A stretch of DNA of 64,000 nucleotides. Origin: an uncultured Desulfosarcina sp. (GTDB lineage: Bacteria > Desulfobacterota > Desulfobacteria > Desulfobacterales > Desulfosarcinaceae). Within the stretch, counting starts at the first letter, position 1; each line of letters begins with the position of its first letter. Location of the stretch: assembly GCA_963674945.2 (NCBI GenBank), contig CAXXWQ010000004.1:352001-416000 (forward strand), given 5' to 3'. A program made the position numbers and the translations under genes. The notes beneath the pieces are model-generated. The model saw only the letters and a list, made by a program, of their open reading frames with translations, searched no databases and was not told where the DNA came from. Below, piece after piece: positions 51,989 to 61,074 of the stretch.

Positions 51989-53224
51989 TTATGTTGCGGT
52001 AAAATCGGACATAAAAGACGCCGGATCAATATAATCAAATGAAATGCCGAAATCGGTAAGCGCATTTCCTTGCAGGCCCAGAAAAATGGATGGATGCTTT
52101 TGCCGATGGATGTTGACTTTCGCATTAAATACACGACGGGTATACCCGTGCTTGTCCGAAAGCAGATATCGATTGATCTTGTAATGATCTCCCTTTCCCC
52201 TTTCTCCTGTGAGGTAGCATCGGATGTCTGAGATGTTGTCTCCGCCCAAGATGAGGTCGTTCAAACGGGACAATCGTTGCTGGGAACGTCCGATGAAATC
52301 GATGGTATCGACACCGATCCAGTCACCGGCATCGGAATCATACATGGAGGTATGGAAATCACCCATCAGAATCTGTCCTTCGCGCGCACTTTCACTCATC
52401 CGCGCGAGTTCGATGGTGACATCGCCCACAATGTAGCTGAATGTCGTTGGATTCAGCCCCTCGGACTGATAGAATTCGTAATGCCCCCCCACATGAAAGC
52501 AGGTACGTAACAACGGTGCCGTGTTCTTGCGTACCTTTTTCCGAGCGATCGCATTTTCCGCTAAAACCAGATGCATGAAGTGGTACAGATCCACGTTGGA
52601 ATGGATGCCACGATCCCGATTCCAGATGTAAAATCCGTCGCCGGTGTTGGTTCGAGCGAATCGAATCTCGACATCCAGATCCATAAGTTTGCTGTAGGCA
52701 GTATTGACGGAATAGGACAAGCTGTTGAGCTGCGTTACTTGTTCCAAGGGTGAATAGTGTGAAAATCCGACGATATCGAACAATGCCACCGCACGATCTT
52801 CCACCAGCGTGATGCTGTATCGCTTCACCAAAGAATCGATGGTCTCTTCCGGGAGCCCTTCTCCGGGTGTAAATGGCAAATCGATATGCAATGGGCTGGC
52901 ATGCAACAATCTTGCCGCATGCTCCAATTTCTCACCGGAGATCTTTTTGGGGCCGGATACGATCTTTTGAAGGAACGTTTTAAGACCGCTTTCGCCATCA
53001 CCGGATGAAAGCTTTGTGTCGGTGATAACTTCTCCGATGGCATAATGGGGAATGACGAGAAGATCCATTCCTTTGTAGCAAGGAGCCCACACGAGGATGA
53101 TATTTCGCCCGAGTGCCCAAAGGTCATACAGGAGATCATCCATGTGAAAGAGGTCGGCCTGGGCCACCCCATTTCCCGTCTCCTTTGCCTGAAACAATTG
53201 GGTCCATGATAATCGTTTCATCAT
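51989..53224 (-). CDS. Divergent class III nucleotide cyclase-like protein
   Basis: AVALFDIVGFS, TGDGF, LRTCFHVG, IVGDVTIELARM, GQILM. Confidence 0.6.
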   Translation of the reverse strand: MMKRLSWTQLFQAKETGNGVAQADLFHMDDLLYDLWALGRNIILVWAPCYKGMDLLVIPHYAIGEVITDTKLSSGDGESGLKTFLQKIVSGPKKISGEKLEHAARLLHASPLHIDLPFTPGEGLPEETIDSLVKRYSITLVEDRAVALFDIVGFSHYSPLEQVTQLNSLSYSVNTAYSKLMDLDVEIRFARTNTGDGFYIWNRDRGIHSNVDLYHFMHLVLAENAIARKKVRKNTAPLLRTCFHVGGHYEFYQSEGLNPTTFSYIVGDVTIELARMSESAREGQILMGDFHTSMYDSDAGDWIGVDTIDFIGRSQQRLSRLNDLILGGDNISDIRCYLTGERGKGDHYKINRYLLSDKHGYTRRVFNAKVNIHRQKHPSIFLGLQGNALTDFGISFDYIDPASFMSDFTAT

Positions 53225-53835
53225 TCTTCCTGAAAATTGTGAATGGCGCTTGCCATCTGGCGGCACAATTCGGCAAGAACCTCGCTGTGGGCCTCAGCCA
53301 GAGATTCGAACCCCTTGTCCGCCATGGGTACAGAAAGGATTGTCTGCCGTGGCCCGATGGCAATGCTTTTGTCGTCACGGAACAAGGACCAGACGGCGCT
53401 GAGCGACACCGTCTGGTCGGCATTTGCAATCAAGGAACCAATCTGGAGCGAAAGGGAGAAATCCGGTTTGCAGCCGATTGGCCATGGAACGTTCACGAAC
53501 TGGAAACGGGGCAATAACGTATTCAGGTTCTCTTCAATCAGTTGCTGCACCAATCGGTCCAAATAATTGGCCCACCGATGATAGGGAGAAATCTCCAGCC
53601 GATAGGCAGAGGTTCTTCTCATCATTTGTGTACGTGCAAGGTATCCCGGCACAACGACACTGCGAATACCGATGACCATGGGTGACAGGTCGCCTTCGGC
53701 AAAGTCGGATTCTGATGATGGTTCGACGGCGCTCAAGGTATAGTAGGAAACAGAAGGTGTGAAAGATCGGCACCCCGAAACGGCAAATATCAGTCCGGTA
53801 ATAAAAATAAGCGATGAGGACCGTATGCGACTCAC
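53221..53835 (-). CDS. pqiC: PqiC-family lipoprotein
   Basis: Lipobox VSGC, YYTL, VPGYLAR, HRWA. Confidence 0.85.
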   Translation of the reverse strand: MSRIRSSSLIFITGLIFAVSGCRSFTPSVSYYTLSAVEPSSESDFAEGDLSPMVIGIRSVVVPGYLARTQMMRRTSAYRLEISPYHRWANYLDRLVQQLIEENLNTLLPRFQFVNVPWPIGCKPDFSLSLQIGSLIANADQTVSLSAVWSLFRDDKSIAIGPRQTILSVPMADKGFESLAEAHSEVLAELCRQMASAIHNFQEE

Positions 53836-55514
53836 GGTTCTTCTCCTTTTCCGAAAACAATTGCGTCGGGATGCCTCTCCAGATAATCCGCCAAGGCTTC
53901 CACGGCCCGGGCGGTTTCCTGTAGTTCCAGAAGAAGGCGGTTCAGGTTTTCGAAGGCGGGTGCGCCCTGGTCCAACATGGTCGCAGCACTGGATAAGACC
54001 GCTTTCCCTTGCGCCAGTGATTCTTTCGCCTGGTCGAGTACGCCGTTCATCTTTATCAATGTCCCGTCGTTGAAATCCCCGGTGACCTTCTTAAATTCGG
54101 CAAAACTTTGATCGATATTGTGTATGGCACTTTCCAGGGATTCGGAGCCGATCATCGCCGTTACCTGCCGGGCGGCTTCACGGATTTCCCCGATTGTCTC
54201 ATCCAGCGGGAGACGTTCCAGCCGAGCCAGGAACCGTTTGGCCGTGGCAGCGATCTCCTCCACCGTGTTGGGAATCGTGGGCAGTACCGGGTAGGCGTCC
54301 GTTTTCAGGATTTTTTGGTAGGGGGCATCGGGGTAAATGCGCAGACACACGTAACTCTGACCGGTAATCAGGTTTCCCGTGCGCAACTGGGCGCGAAGCC
54401 CTTTTTCCACCAACTCCTCCACCAGCTTAAATCCGGGGACGGCGGATTCTCCGGCGAATTCGATCCGATCCGGTTCGATGGCGATGAGAACCGGAATCCG
54501 AAAGGTCAGAGCGTCCTGATTAAACAATAGCCGGATATTGACCACCTCTCCGATCTTGATGCCATAAAATTCCACTGGCGCCCCCGCCGACAGGCCCCGA
54601 ACGCTCTCTTCGATATAAAGGAGATAGTACACCCGGTAGCTGTAACTTGCGGCATTGGCGGCTTCACGATTGTCGTACAGGGTAAAAATATGGTTGGCAG
54701 ATGGCGCCGGCATCGTTTGTTGTCCGTCTGCCGTAAAAAAAGATATCCCCCCCACAAGCAAACTGGCCAAAGAGGGGGTATCGACACGCACCCCTTCCGC
54801 TGTGATGTTCACGTTCAATCCACTGGTGTTGTAAAACCGGGAATCCCGTTTCACCTGAACGTCGTAGGGCGACTTGACGAAAATTTCCAGAAGAACGCCG
54901 GTTCCGTCTTTGGCCATGTCCACGTCAGTGACGCGCCCCACCTTGACCTGGCGGTAATATACCGGTGAACCGATGTCCAGGGATCCCAATTGTTCGGCCC
55001 TCAGTTTGAACTGACGACCCGGTGTTTCCGGCAGAATGGCCGGCGGTTTTTCCCTTCCCTCGAAGCGATATACAGTTTTGCCCGGATCACCGGGAATCAT
55101 ACCGATATAGGCACCGGTAAGCAAAGTACCAATACCGGAGACCTCTCCCACGGCCACACGCGCCCGAACCACCCAGAACTTTGTATTTTCAGTTAAATGA
55201 ACGGCGACCTCCCTGCTCATGGCCGCCGTCACCAGTACTTGAGAAAGGTCGTCGCTGAGCTGTATGTTATCGACCTTGCCCACGGTGACATCTTTGTACT
55301 TGATTTGGGTTTTTCCGGGAACCAGGCCTTCTGCAGATTTGAATATGATGGTGATGGTAGGCCCGGTTTCCCGAACACTCTTAACGCCCAGCCATATGGC
55401 AACCAAGGCCGCGATAAGCGGAATCAACCACACGATGGAAAAACGCCGCCCACGTTGGATCTCGGGTTCGGGAATTGTTCGGTCTTCAACCGCGTCAACG
55501 GGCAATTGCGTCAT
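53832..55514 (-). CDS. pqiB: PqiB-family multi-MCE intermembrane transport protein
   Basis: SIVWLIP, SAEGL..GKT.IKYKDV.VG, GSPVYYRQVKVG, RGLSAGAPVEFYGIKIG; three MCE domains. Confidence 0.92.
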   Translation of the reverse strand: MTQLPVDAVEDRTIPEPEIQRGRRFSIVWLIPLIAALVAIWLGVKSVRETGPTITIIFKSAEGLVPGKTQIKYKDVTVGKVDNIQLSDDLSQVLVTAAMSREVAVHLTENTKFWVVRARVAVGEVSGIGTLLTGAYIGMIPGDPGKTVYRFEGREKPPAILPETPGRQFKLRAEQLGSLDIGSPVYYRQVKVGRVTDVDMAKDGTGVLLEIFVKSPYDVQVKRDSRFYNTSGLNVNITAEGVRVDTPSLASLLVGGISFFTADGQQTMPAPSANHIFTLYDNREAANAASYSYRVYYLLYIEESVRGLSAGAPVEFYGIKIGEVVNIRLLFNQDALTFRIPVLIAIEPDRIEFAGESAVPGFKLVEELVEKGLRAQLRTGNLITGQSYVCLRIYPDAPYQKILKTDAYPVLPTIPNTVEEIAATAKRFLARLERLPLDETIGEIREAARQVTAMIGSESLESAIHNIDQSFAEFKKVTGDFNDGTLIKMNGVLDQAKESLAQGKAVLSSAATMLDQGAPAFENLNRLLLELQETARAVEALADYLERHPDAIVFGKGEEP

Positions 55515-56142
55515 CACGTCTCTCCCGTGCATCCCAGATCAATCTTGGATCAAAGTTCATGGCGGCAAGCATGGTAAGGACAACCACGGCGGCAAAATAA
55601 ATAATACCGGCGCCCGCTTCGATGGTGGACACATAGCCGAGGCGAACCAGCGCTACCAGCACCGTAACCACAAACACATCCAACATTGACCATCGTCCGA
55701 TCAATTCCGTGATGCGAAACAGCCGTGTCCGCTCTTCGGGCCGCCAATCAGAACGTCTTTGGATCGAAATCAATAATCCCATGAGAACGACTAATTTTGC
55801 AATGGGTACGATGATACTGGCAACGAAAATAATCAATGCGATCCCCCAGGATCCACTGCTCATAAAGTAGCTCACACCGCTAACAATCGTATCTGCCTGG
55901 CTGCTGCCAAAATAGGTGGTAACCGTCACCGGCAATATGTTTGCGGGAACATAGAAGATCAACGCAGCGATTACCAAAGCCCAGGTTCGTTCAATGCTGT
56001 TTGGTTTTCTACAATGGAGAGAAGATCCGCAGCGGGGGCATCGGACCCGCTTCCCGCTTTCGTTGATCGGTGGCCGTTGAACCAGCAGGTTGCACATGTG
56101 ACAATTGAGTAGTCCTGCATCTTTGGCCGTGAAGGATTTCAT
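55495..56142 (-). CDS. pqiA: PqiA-family protein (C-terminal-half type)
   Basis: CHMC..CPRCG, YVPANILP, IGRWSMLDVF, FDPRLIWD. Confidence 0.92.
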   Translation of the reverse strand: MKSFTAKDAGLLNCHMCNLLVQRPPINESGKRVRCPRCGSSLHCRKPNSIERTWALVIAALIFYVPANILPVTVTTYFGSSQADTIVSGVSYFMSSGSWGIALIIFVASIIVPIAKLVVLMGLLISIQRRSDWRPEERTRLFRITELIGRWSMLDVFVVTVLVALVRLGYVSTIEAGAGIIYFAAVVVLTMLAAMNFDPRLIWDARERRDDAIAR

Positions 56143-56756
56143 CGGGCTTTTTCCATCTTCATCCAAATAGTGAACGGATCCAATGAAACATTGACGGCGG
56201 CCACAACAAATACCAAGACAAGAAATGAAAAAAGCGCCGGCCCCGGAACGATGGTGGCCATCTTGGCAAGTTTTACCACCGAAACAAGAATTCCGAGAAA
56301 AAAAATCTCAGGCATGCTCCATTGCCGAAGGGACAGAGCGAAACGAAATACATGACGGGAGGCCGGCAGGCGGCCACCGACCTGTATGGGACAGAGAACA
56401 TAGATCAACGAGCCCAAAAAGAGACCTGGGAAAAGGATGCTGGTGAGCAGAACGAGAAGGGCCAACCCAGGCATGTGTTGTTTGGAAAGGATGATCGTGC
56501 CGGTGATCAAGGCAGTTTCCAGTGTGTTTCCCTGGGACACCAATGAAAGGAACGGGTAGGTGTTGGCAATGAGCAACAGTATTAATCCGGTGATGGCCAA
56601 TGCGAACGTCCGGTTGATGGAACGGGGGAAGCACGCATACAACATGGCGCCGCATCGGACGCATCGGGCTTTGCTTTTGCGGTGCAGGGACTGGTCCTTG
56701 ATGCGATGTAATAAATCACATTCGTGACAGGCGATCAGCGTTTGTGTCGTGGCCAC
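56139..56756 (-). CDS. pqiA: PqiA-family protein (N-terminal-half type)
   Basis: ACHECDLL..ARCVRCGA, IANTYPF, WSMPEIF..GILVS.VKL. Confidence 0.92.
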   Translation of the reverse strand: MATTQTLIACHECDLLHRIKDQSLHRKSKARCVRCGAMLYACFPRSINRTFALAITGLILLLIANTYPFLSLVSQGNTLETALITGTIILSKQHMPGLALLVLLTSILFPGLFLGSLIYVLCPIQVGGRLPASRHVFRFALSLRQWSMPEIFFLGILVSVVKLAKMATIVPGPALFSFLVLVFVVAAVNVSLDPFTIWMKMEKAR

Positions 56757-57194
56757 GGAGCACCTATGGTTCCTAATCTTGTTTCCTCGAGAAAAGATTT
56801 CTCCTCGAAGGATAGACGTGACAATGGTAATGAAATGGTTAAATTATCGTTAAAATACCACTATTTCCAAAGTCATGCAATGGTTACATAGGTGAAGACG
56901 GGACCGATCAAAATGAACAGTGCCGCCGCCTGGGAGCATCGGCTGCGGCGCGAAAAAGGGAAAAAGGGGGCAACGCCAGTCCGCAAAGCGGATGGATTGG
57001 GTATACGGCCATCGACCGGATTTCCAAAAGAACGACAATGGTTTCATTGCCTGGTTTGATTCCGGATGCGACACATTCGGTTTGAACACGACGAATCGAG
57101 AATTACGGTGGTGTCACTCGGTCTGTGCATTGGGTACAAAGGGGTGTCGAAGCGACGAAACCGGAGGATTGACAAGAAAATTCAAGTCAATGAT

Positions 57195-57368
57195 TCATGC
57201 GACTTGAATATCGGGCCTTCCCTTTCGCCGGCGAATCACCTTCACGACTGTGGGTGTCGTTTTTTTCTTTTCATCGTCATTCAGGTCTTGGTCGGCCTGG
57301 GAAAATAGCTGTATTAATTTGGCTTCAATCTTTTTTCGTTTGTTCTCATCCATCAGTTCTTGTGCCAC
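57195..57368 (-). CDS. Small hypothetical protein (57 aa from GTG, or 52 aa from ATG 57353), absent from the ORF track
   Basis: MAQELMDENKRKKIEAKLIQLFSQADQDLNDDEKKKTTPTVVKVIRRRKGRPDIQVA; protein-like charged/amphipathic composition. Confidence 0.55.
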   Translation of the reverse strand: MAQELMDENKRKKIEAKLIQLFSQADQDLNDDEKKKTTPTVVKVIRRRKGRPDIQVA

Positions 57369-57783
57369 TGCTTTCTTCTGTGTTGAAATGTTGCCGTCGT
57401 TTTCGTCTGATGTTCATCGGCATCTCCCGGAGATTCATTAGGTAAACACGGCCTATCGCCTTCGTGGTTACCCACAAACCACCTGCCGTCTAAGGATTTT
57501 TTTCTTACTATCGCTTTATATAAAGGGAAGGTAAAAATCACTTACTGTAGGAGGTACCAAATCTCAACCAATGGGCTTCAATTTGTTGGCCCTCCATAAA
57601 ACAATTTGTTGCTTTTTGCAAGGATAAAATAGACACAATCGATTCCTCGGAAAGAAGTGGGGAAACAGGGACAATTCTGCCACATACGGAAAATTCATTT
57701 TGCTTAAGTTTTCTGTATTTTGCCGGATATTAAAAAATGATCAATACTGCATGTTCACCACTATACGATGAATGGAGAATGGT

Positions 57784-58659
57784 ATGAAAACACTGAAACG
57801 ATTGGCTGTGTTGAGAGGTAATAACGCCTTTTGTTTATTCATGGTCTTGCTTTCCGCAGCATTGCTTCTGTCATTTTACGGCTGCGGTGAAAGCGCCTTT
57901 GAAAGTCTTTCCAGCGATGATACCTTCGAAGCCCAAATGGAGGAAGCCAAGATCGCCTTAGATGACGCGGACTATACCCGGGCCATCGAGATTCTCGAGC
58001 GTCTGGAGAGTCAACACCCCGACAATCTGGAGGTCAAACAATATTTGAGCAATGCCTATGCGGGCCTCGCCGGTCTGGATACGTATGATTTATTGGCAAC
58101 CATCGACGAACTGGACGAAGAGGGGAAAAACGGTAGCATCGACATGATCAGTACCGTTTTGGGAGACGCTGAGGGCAGACTTTCCAAAATCGAAGTCGGT
58201 GAAAAGCTCAGCCTGCTCGATGACGCCATCGAATATATGCAACTCACCCTTCCCTCCGGGGTTCAAGCCGATGTCTTCATCGCCGCTTCATCAACGGACG
58301 ACAGAATCGTTCAACGGGGAATTCTTGCCATGTCCCGTATCGTTTTGCTGATGGCGGATATGGTGTTAGACCAGTTGGGCATCACTGAGGTGGTTATGAC
58401 CGAAGCGGGCATCCGTATTCACTATGCCCACCAGGATCCTGATTTCGACGGTCTCTTCAACAACGAAATCGCTCTGAAGCTGGCAGCGGATATCCAGGCC
58501 ATCGACAACGCCATTTCGGCCCTCGCGCAACTATCGGGGAGCGATAACGATTTGCACGAAGATTTTACCAAGTTCATGAACGATTTGGACCGTGATGGCA
58601 ATTTGGTGATCGACCAATCGGAAATCGAAATGTATCTCATTGACATTCGAAACGGTTAA
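57784..58659 (+). CDS. Acidic TPR-like lipoprotein with C-terminal EF-hand-like loop
   Basis: Lipobox FYG-C; EEAKIALDDADYTRAIEILE..LSNAYAG TPR-like; DRDGNLVIDQSE. Confidence 0.75.
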   Translation: MKTLKRLAVLRGNNAFCLFMVLLSAALLLSFYGCGESAFESLSSDDTFEAQMEEAKIALDDADYTRAIEILERLESQHPDNLEVKQYLSNAYAGLAGLDTYDLLATIDELDEEGKNGSIDMISTVLGDAEGRLSKIEVGEKLSLLDDAIEYMQLTLPSGVQADVFIAASSTDDRIVQRGILAMSRIVLLMADMVLDQLGITEVVMTEAGIRIHYAHQDPDFDGLFNNEIALKLAADIQAIDNAISALAQLSGSDNDLHEDFTKFMNDLDRDGNLVIDQSEIEMYLIDIRNG

Positions 58660-58672
58660 AGGAGAATGGGAA

Positions 58673-59767
58673 ATGAATAAACGCTCGCTGTTTGTACCTA
58701 TCGTTTCCATGGTTCTCCTTCTCCTTTGCTGCCAGGGTGTGGGATTGGCAAAACCCTATCCGCGTTTTTATCAGGGCGTTCGCCCCATGGGCATGGGAGG
58801 AGCCTTTACCGCCGTTGCCGATGATGAAAATTCGCTGTTTTACAACCCTGCCGGACTTTCCAACATTTCGACCATAAACGTGGGAATCTTGAACCCCGTC
58901 GTGGATATCTCCGAAAATAGTATGGAACTGGTCGGCGACGCCGACGATACGGATATGGACGATACCGGCGAGGTGGCCGATCTGCTTCGGCAATACGCCG
59001 GAGAGAATCAGCATTTTCGGACGTCGCTATTTCCGCACGTGGGGTTTAATGTGGCCGACATCGGCATCATGATCGGTGGACTGGCCCAAGCCAACCTGGA
59101 TTCGGAGATCCGGAATCCCGTCTGGCCCGAAGCCCATGTGGATTTTGCCATCGACTACGGATTGGTTGGCGGCGTTGGTGCAAAAATCCCCTTCCAGGAT
59201 CTGAGATTGGGCGCCGCATTGAAAATCATCACACGCGAAAGCCTGCAAGAGGTCTATACCGCAACGGATATCGCAGATGACAATTTCGAGGATAACTTCG
59301 AAGACGACCTATCCACGGATACGGGAATCGCGTTGGATATCGGTACAATCTATACCCTCCCCTTCGTCGAATCCATACAGACGGATGTCGCATTGGCCAT
59401 TCAGAATCTGCCAACCATGGAATTTGGAGACGACATGGACGTAAAGACCCAGGCCAACGCTGGAATCGCTTTGAAAAAGTCCTTCCTCAAATTCAGTCTC
59501 ACAGGTGCCATCGATTACCTGGACCTGACCAACAACATCGGCGAAGAAGACGATTGGACAAAACGTCTTCATATGGGCGTTGAATTCAAACTCCCCTTGA
59601 TTCTTTCCCTTCGGGCGGGACTCAACCAGGGATATGGAACATTGGGAGCTACCGTCGACGTGTGGTTCATCCGTTTGGATTTCGCCACCTATGCCGAAGA
59701 GGTGGGTGCCCATTCCGGTCAGCGTAGTGACAGGCGATACATGGGCCAGCTTAGCATCGGCTGGTAA
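58673..59767 (+). CDS. Outer-membrane beta-barrel (FadL/PorV/TraF_2-like N-terminus)
   Basis: Signal peptide; GVRPMGMGGAFTAVADDENSLFYNPAGL; LRAGLNQGY; C-terminal aromatic (LSIGW). Confidence 0.8.
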   Translation: MNKRSLFVPIVSMVLLLLCCQGVGLAKPYPRFYQGVRPMGMGGAFTAVADDENSLFYNPAGLSNISTINVGILNPVVDISENSMELVGDADDTDMDDTGEVADLLRQYAGENQHFRTSLFPHVGFNVADIGIMIGGLAQANLDSEIRNPVWPEAHVDFAIDYGLVGGVGAKIPFQDLRLGAALKIITRESLQEVYTATDIADDNFEDNFEDDLSTDTGIALDIGTIYTLPFVESIQTDVALAIQNLPTMEFGDDMDVKTQANAGIALKKSFLKFSLTGAIDYLDLTNNIGEEDDWTKRLHMGVEFKLPLILSLRAGLNQGYGTLGATVDVWFIRLDFATYAEEVGAHSGQRSDRRYMGQLSIGW

Positions 59768-59983
59768 AATATCAGCGGAGCCCTTTTCCCATTGACAGGG
59801 TTACCATTTTTAAGATCTGTTTGTTCCGTGGGGCAAATGAGGGACGATGGAAGAGGGTTGAAAGATTAAGTTTTTTTTCGTCCCTCGTCTCGCGTCCTTC
59901 GTCTTTCCTCTTCAAACCCACCAATTACGGAAAATGAACCATCTTCTTTAAAATGTAAGGGAAAAAAGGGGGCCAATCAGGCC

Positions 59984-60667
59984 TCACCGCCACCACTCCA
60001 CCGAAAAATCGTTGGCGAGTGCAATTCGGTGAAGCTTTTTCGTCGGGTTGACGGCGACCTTCTGGCTGGCCAGGGAAAACATCGGCAGATCGCTGTGGTG
60101 GTCCGAATAGGCGGAAACTTGCCCAAGGGACATGGCGTCCATAACTTTTCGGGTAGCGATCTTTTTGTGTTCGCCATGGCAGTTGTTGCCGGCGATGCGT
60201 CCGGTCAACCGTCCCGATTCGTCCCAGTGTGCCCGCGTGCATACGATCACATCGAAACCGAGTTCCCTGCCCAGTCGATCCACGTAGAAGTCGAAACTGG
60301 CAGAGGATAGTATGAGGTAATCCCTTTTCTTTCGATGCTCTGAAATTCTTTCCAGAGCCTTACCGTTTACTCCGGAAGACAATATTTTTCCCACAAATCG
60401 TCTGGAAAATCGGTCGATGCGTTCTTTTGATGCCCCCTTTGCGATGGCTGTCAAAAATTTCTCTTTTAGCCACGCGTTGTTTCGCAAATTGCATTTATGC
60501 ATCAGCACCGCCCAAGGAAGCCAAAGACAGCGAAGAAAGCGAATCGGGTGGGCACGTAAATAAGCAAGCAAAAACTGAAGATAGGTGTCTTTTGCGCTGA
60601 TGGTGTGATCGAGGTCGAAAATGGCAACATCTTTCGCCTGTGTCATCTTCCCCGTTGCATCCCCCAC
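59984..60667 (-). CDS. HAD-IB family phosphatase
   Basis: AIFDLDHTI, ILSSAS, NCHGEHK, AYSDHHSDLPM, AVNP. Confidence 0.9.
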   Translation of the reverse strand: MGDATGKMTQAKDVAIFDLDHTISAKDTYLQFLLAYLRAHPIRFLRCLWLPWAVLMHKCNLRNNAWLKEKFLTAIAKGASKERIDRFSRRFVGKILSSGVNGKALERISEHRKKRDYLILSSASFDFYVDRLGRELGFDVIVCTRAHWDESGRLTGRIAGNNCHGEHKKIATRKVMDAMSLGQVSAYSDHHSDLPMFSLASQKVAVNPTKKLHRIALANDFSVEWWR

Positions 60668-60688
60668 GTCCGGTTATTTCCTCTTTTG

Positions 60689-61054
60689 TTATTTGAAAGT
60701 GTAACAGGAATTGATACAAAAATTGGCGAGAAATACAATGCCTGTGGCAAACAATTGTGCAATCTTGTATTCAACCCCGAAATGCTGCCAGGCCAATTGA
60801 AAAATCAAAAGGTTCAGCACCAGCATGGAAAGTGTAATCACCACGTAACGGGCAAATGCCAGCCGATGCGATTGATTCGACCGAAACGTCCAAGTGTATT
60901 GGAGGTAATAGTTCACCATCGTGCCGGTGGTGAACCCCACGAAACTGCCAAAGGGCGGTGGCGCGGAAAACAATTCCACCAGCGCGATCATGACGGCGAA
61001 GTGAACCACAACGGCCGTGCCCCCGGACATAAAGTACTTGGCAAAGACGATCAA
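60689..61054 (-). CDS. GtrA-family membrane protein
   Basis: FAKYFMSGG, NYYLQYTWTF, FARY, AQLFAT; four TM segments. Confidence 0.88.
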   Translation of the reverse strand: MIVFAKYFMSGGTAVVVHFAVMIALVELFSAPPPFGSFVGFTTGTMVNYYLQYTWTFRSNQSHRLAFARYVVITLSMLVLNLLIFQLAWQHFGVEYKIAQLFATGIVFLANFCINSCYTFK

Positions 61055-61074
61055 ATTAAATTCTCCTTATCGCA

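Noticed and set aside
57705..57730. Second sigma28-like promoter upstream of the lipoprotein gene
   Set aside because: TTAAGTTT..GCCGGATA has a mismatched -10 box and spacing; not supportable
58673..59767. Conjugative element suggested by a TraF-like barrel
   Set aside because: No relaxase, T4SS or other tra genes in the window
59839..59920. Degenerate heptamer repeats and inverted repeat (gagggacga/tcgtccctc) between convergent genes
   Set aside because: Short and degenerate; probably a terminator-like structure, not a CRISPR or array
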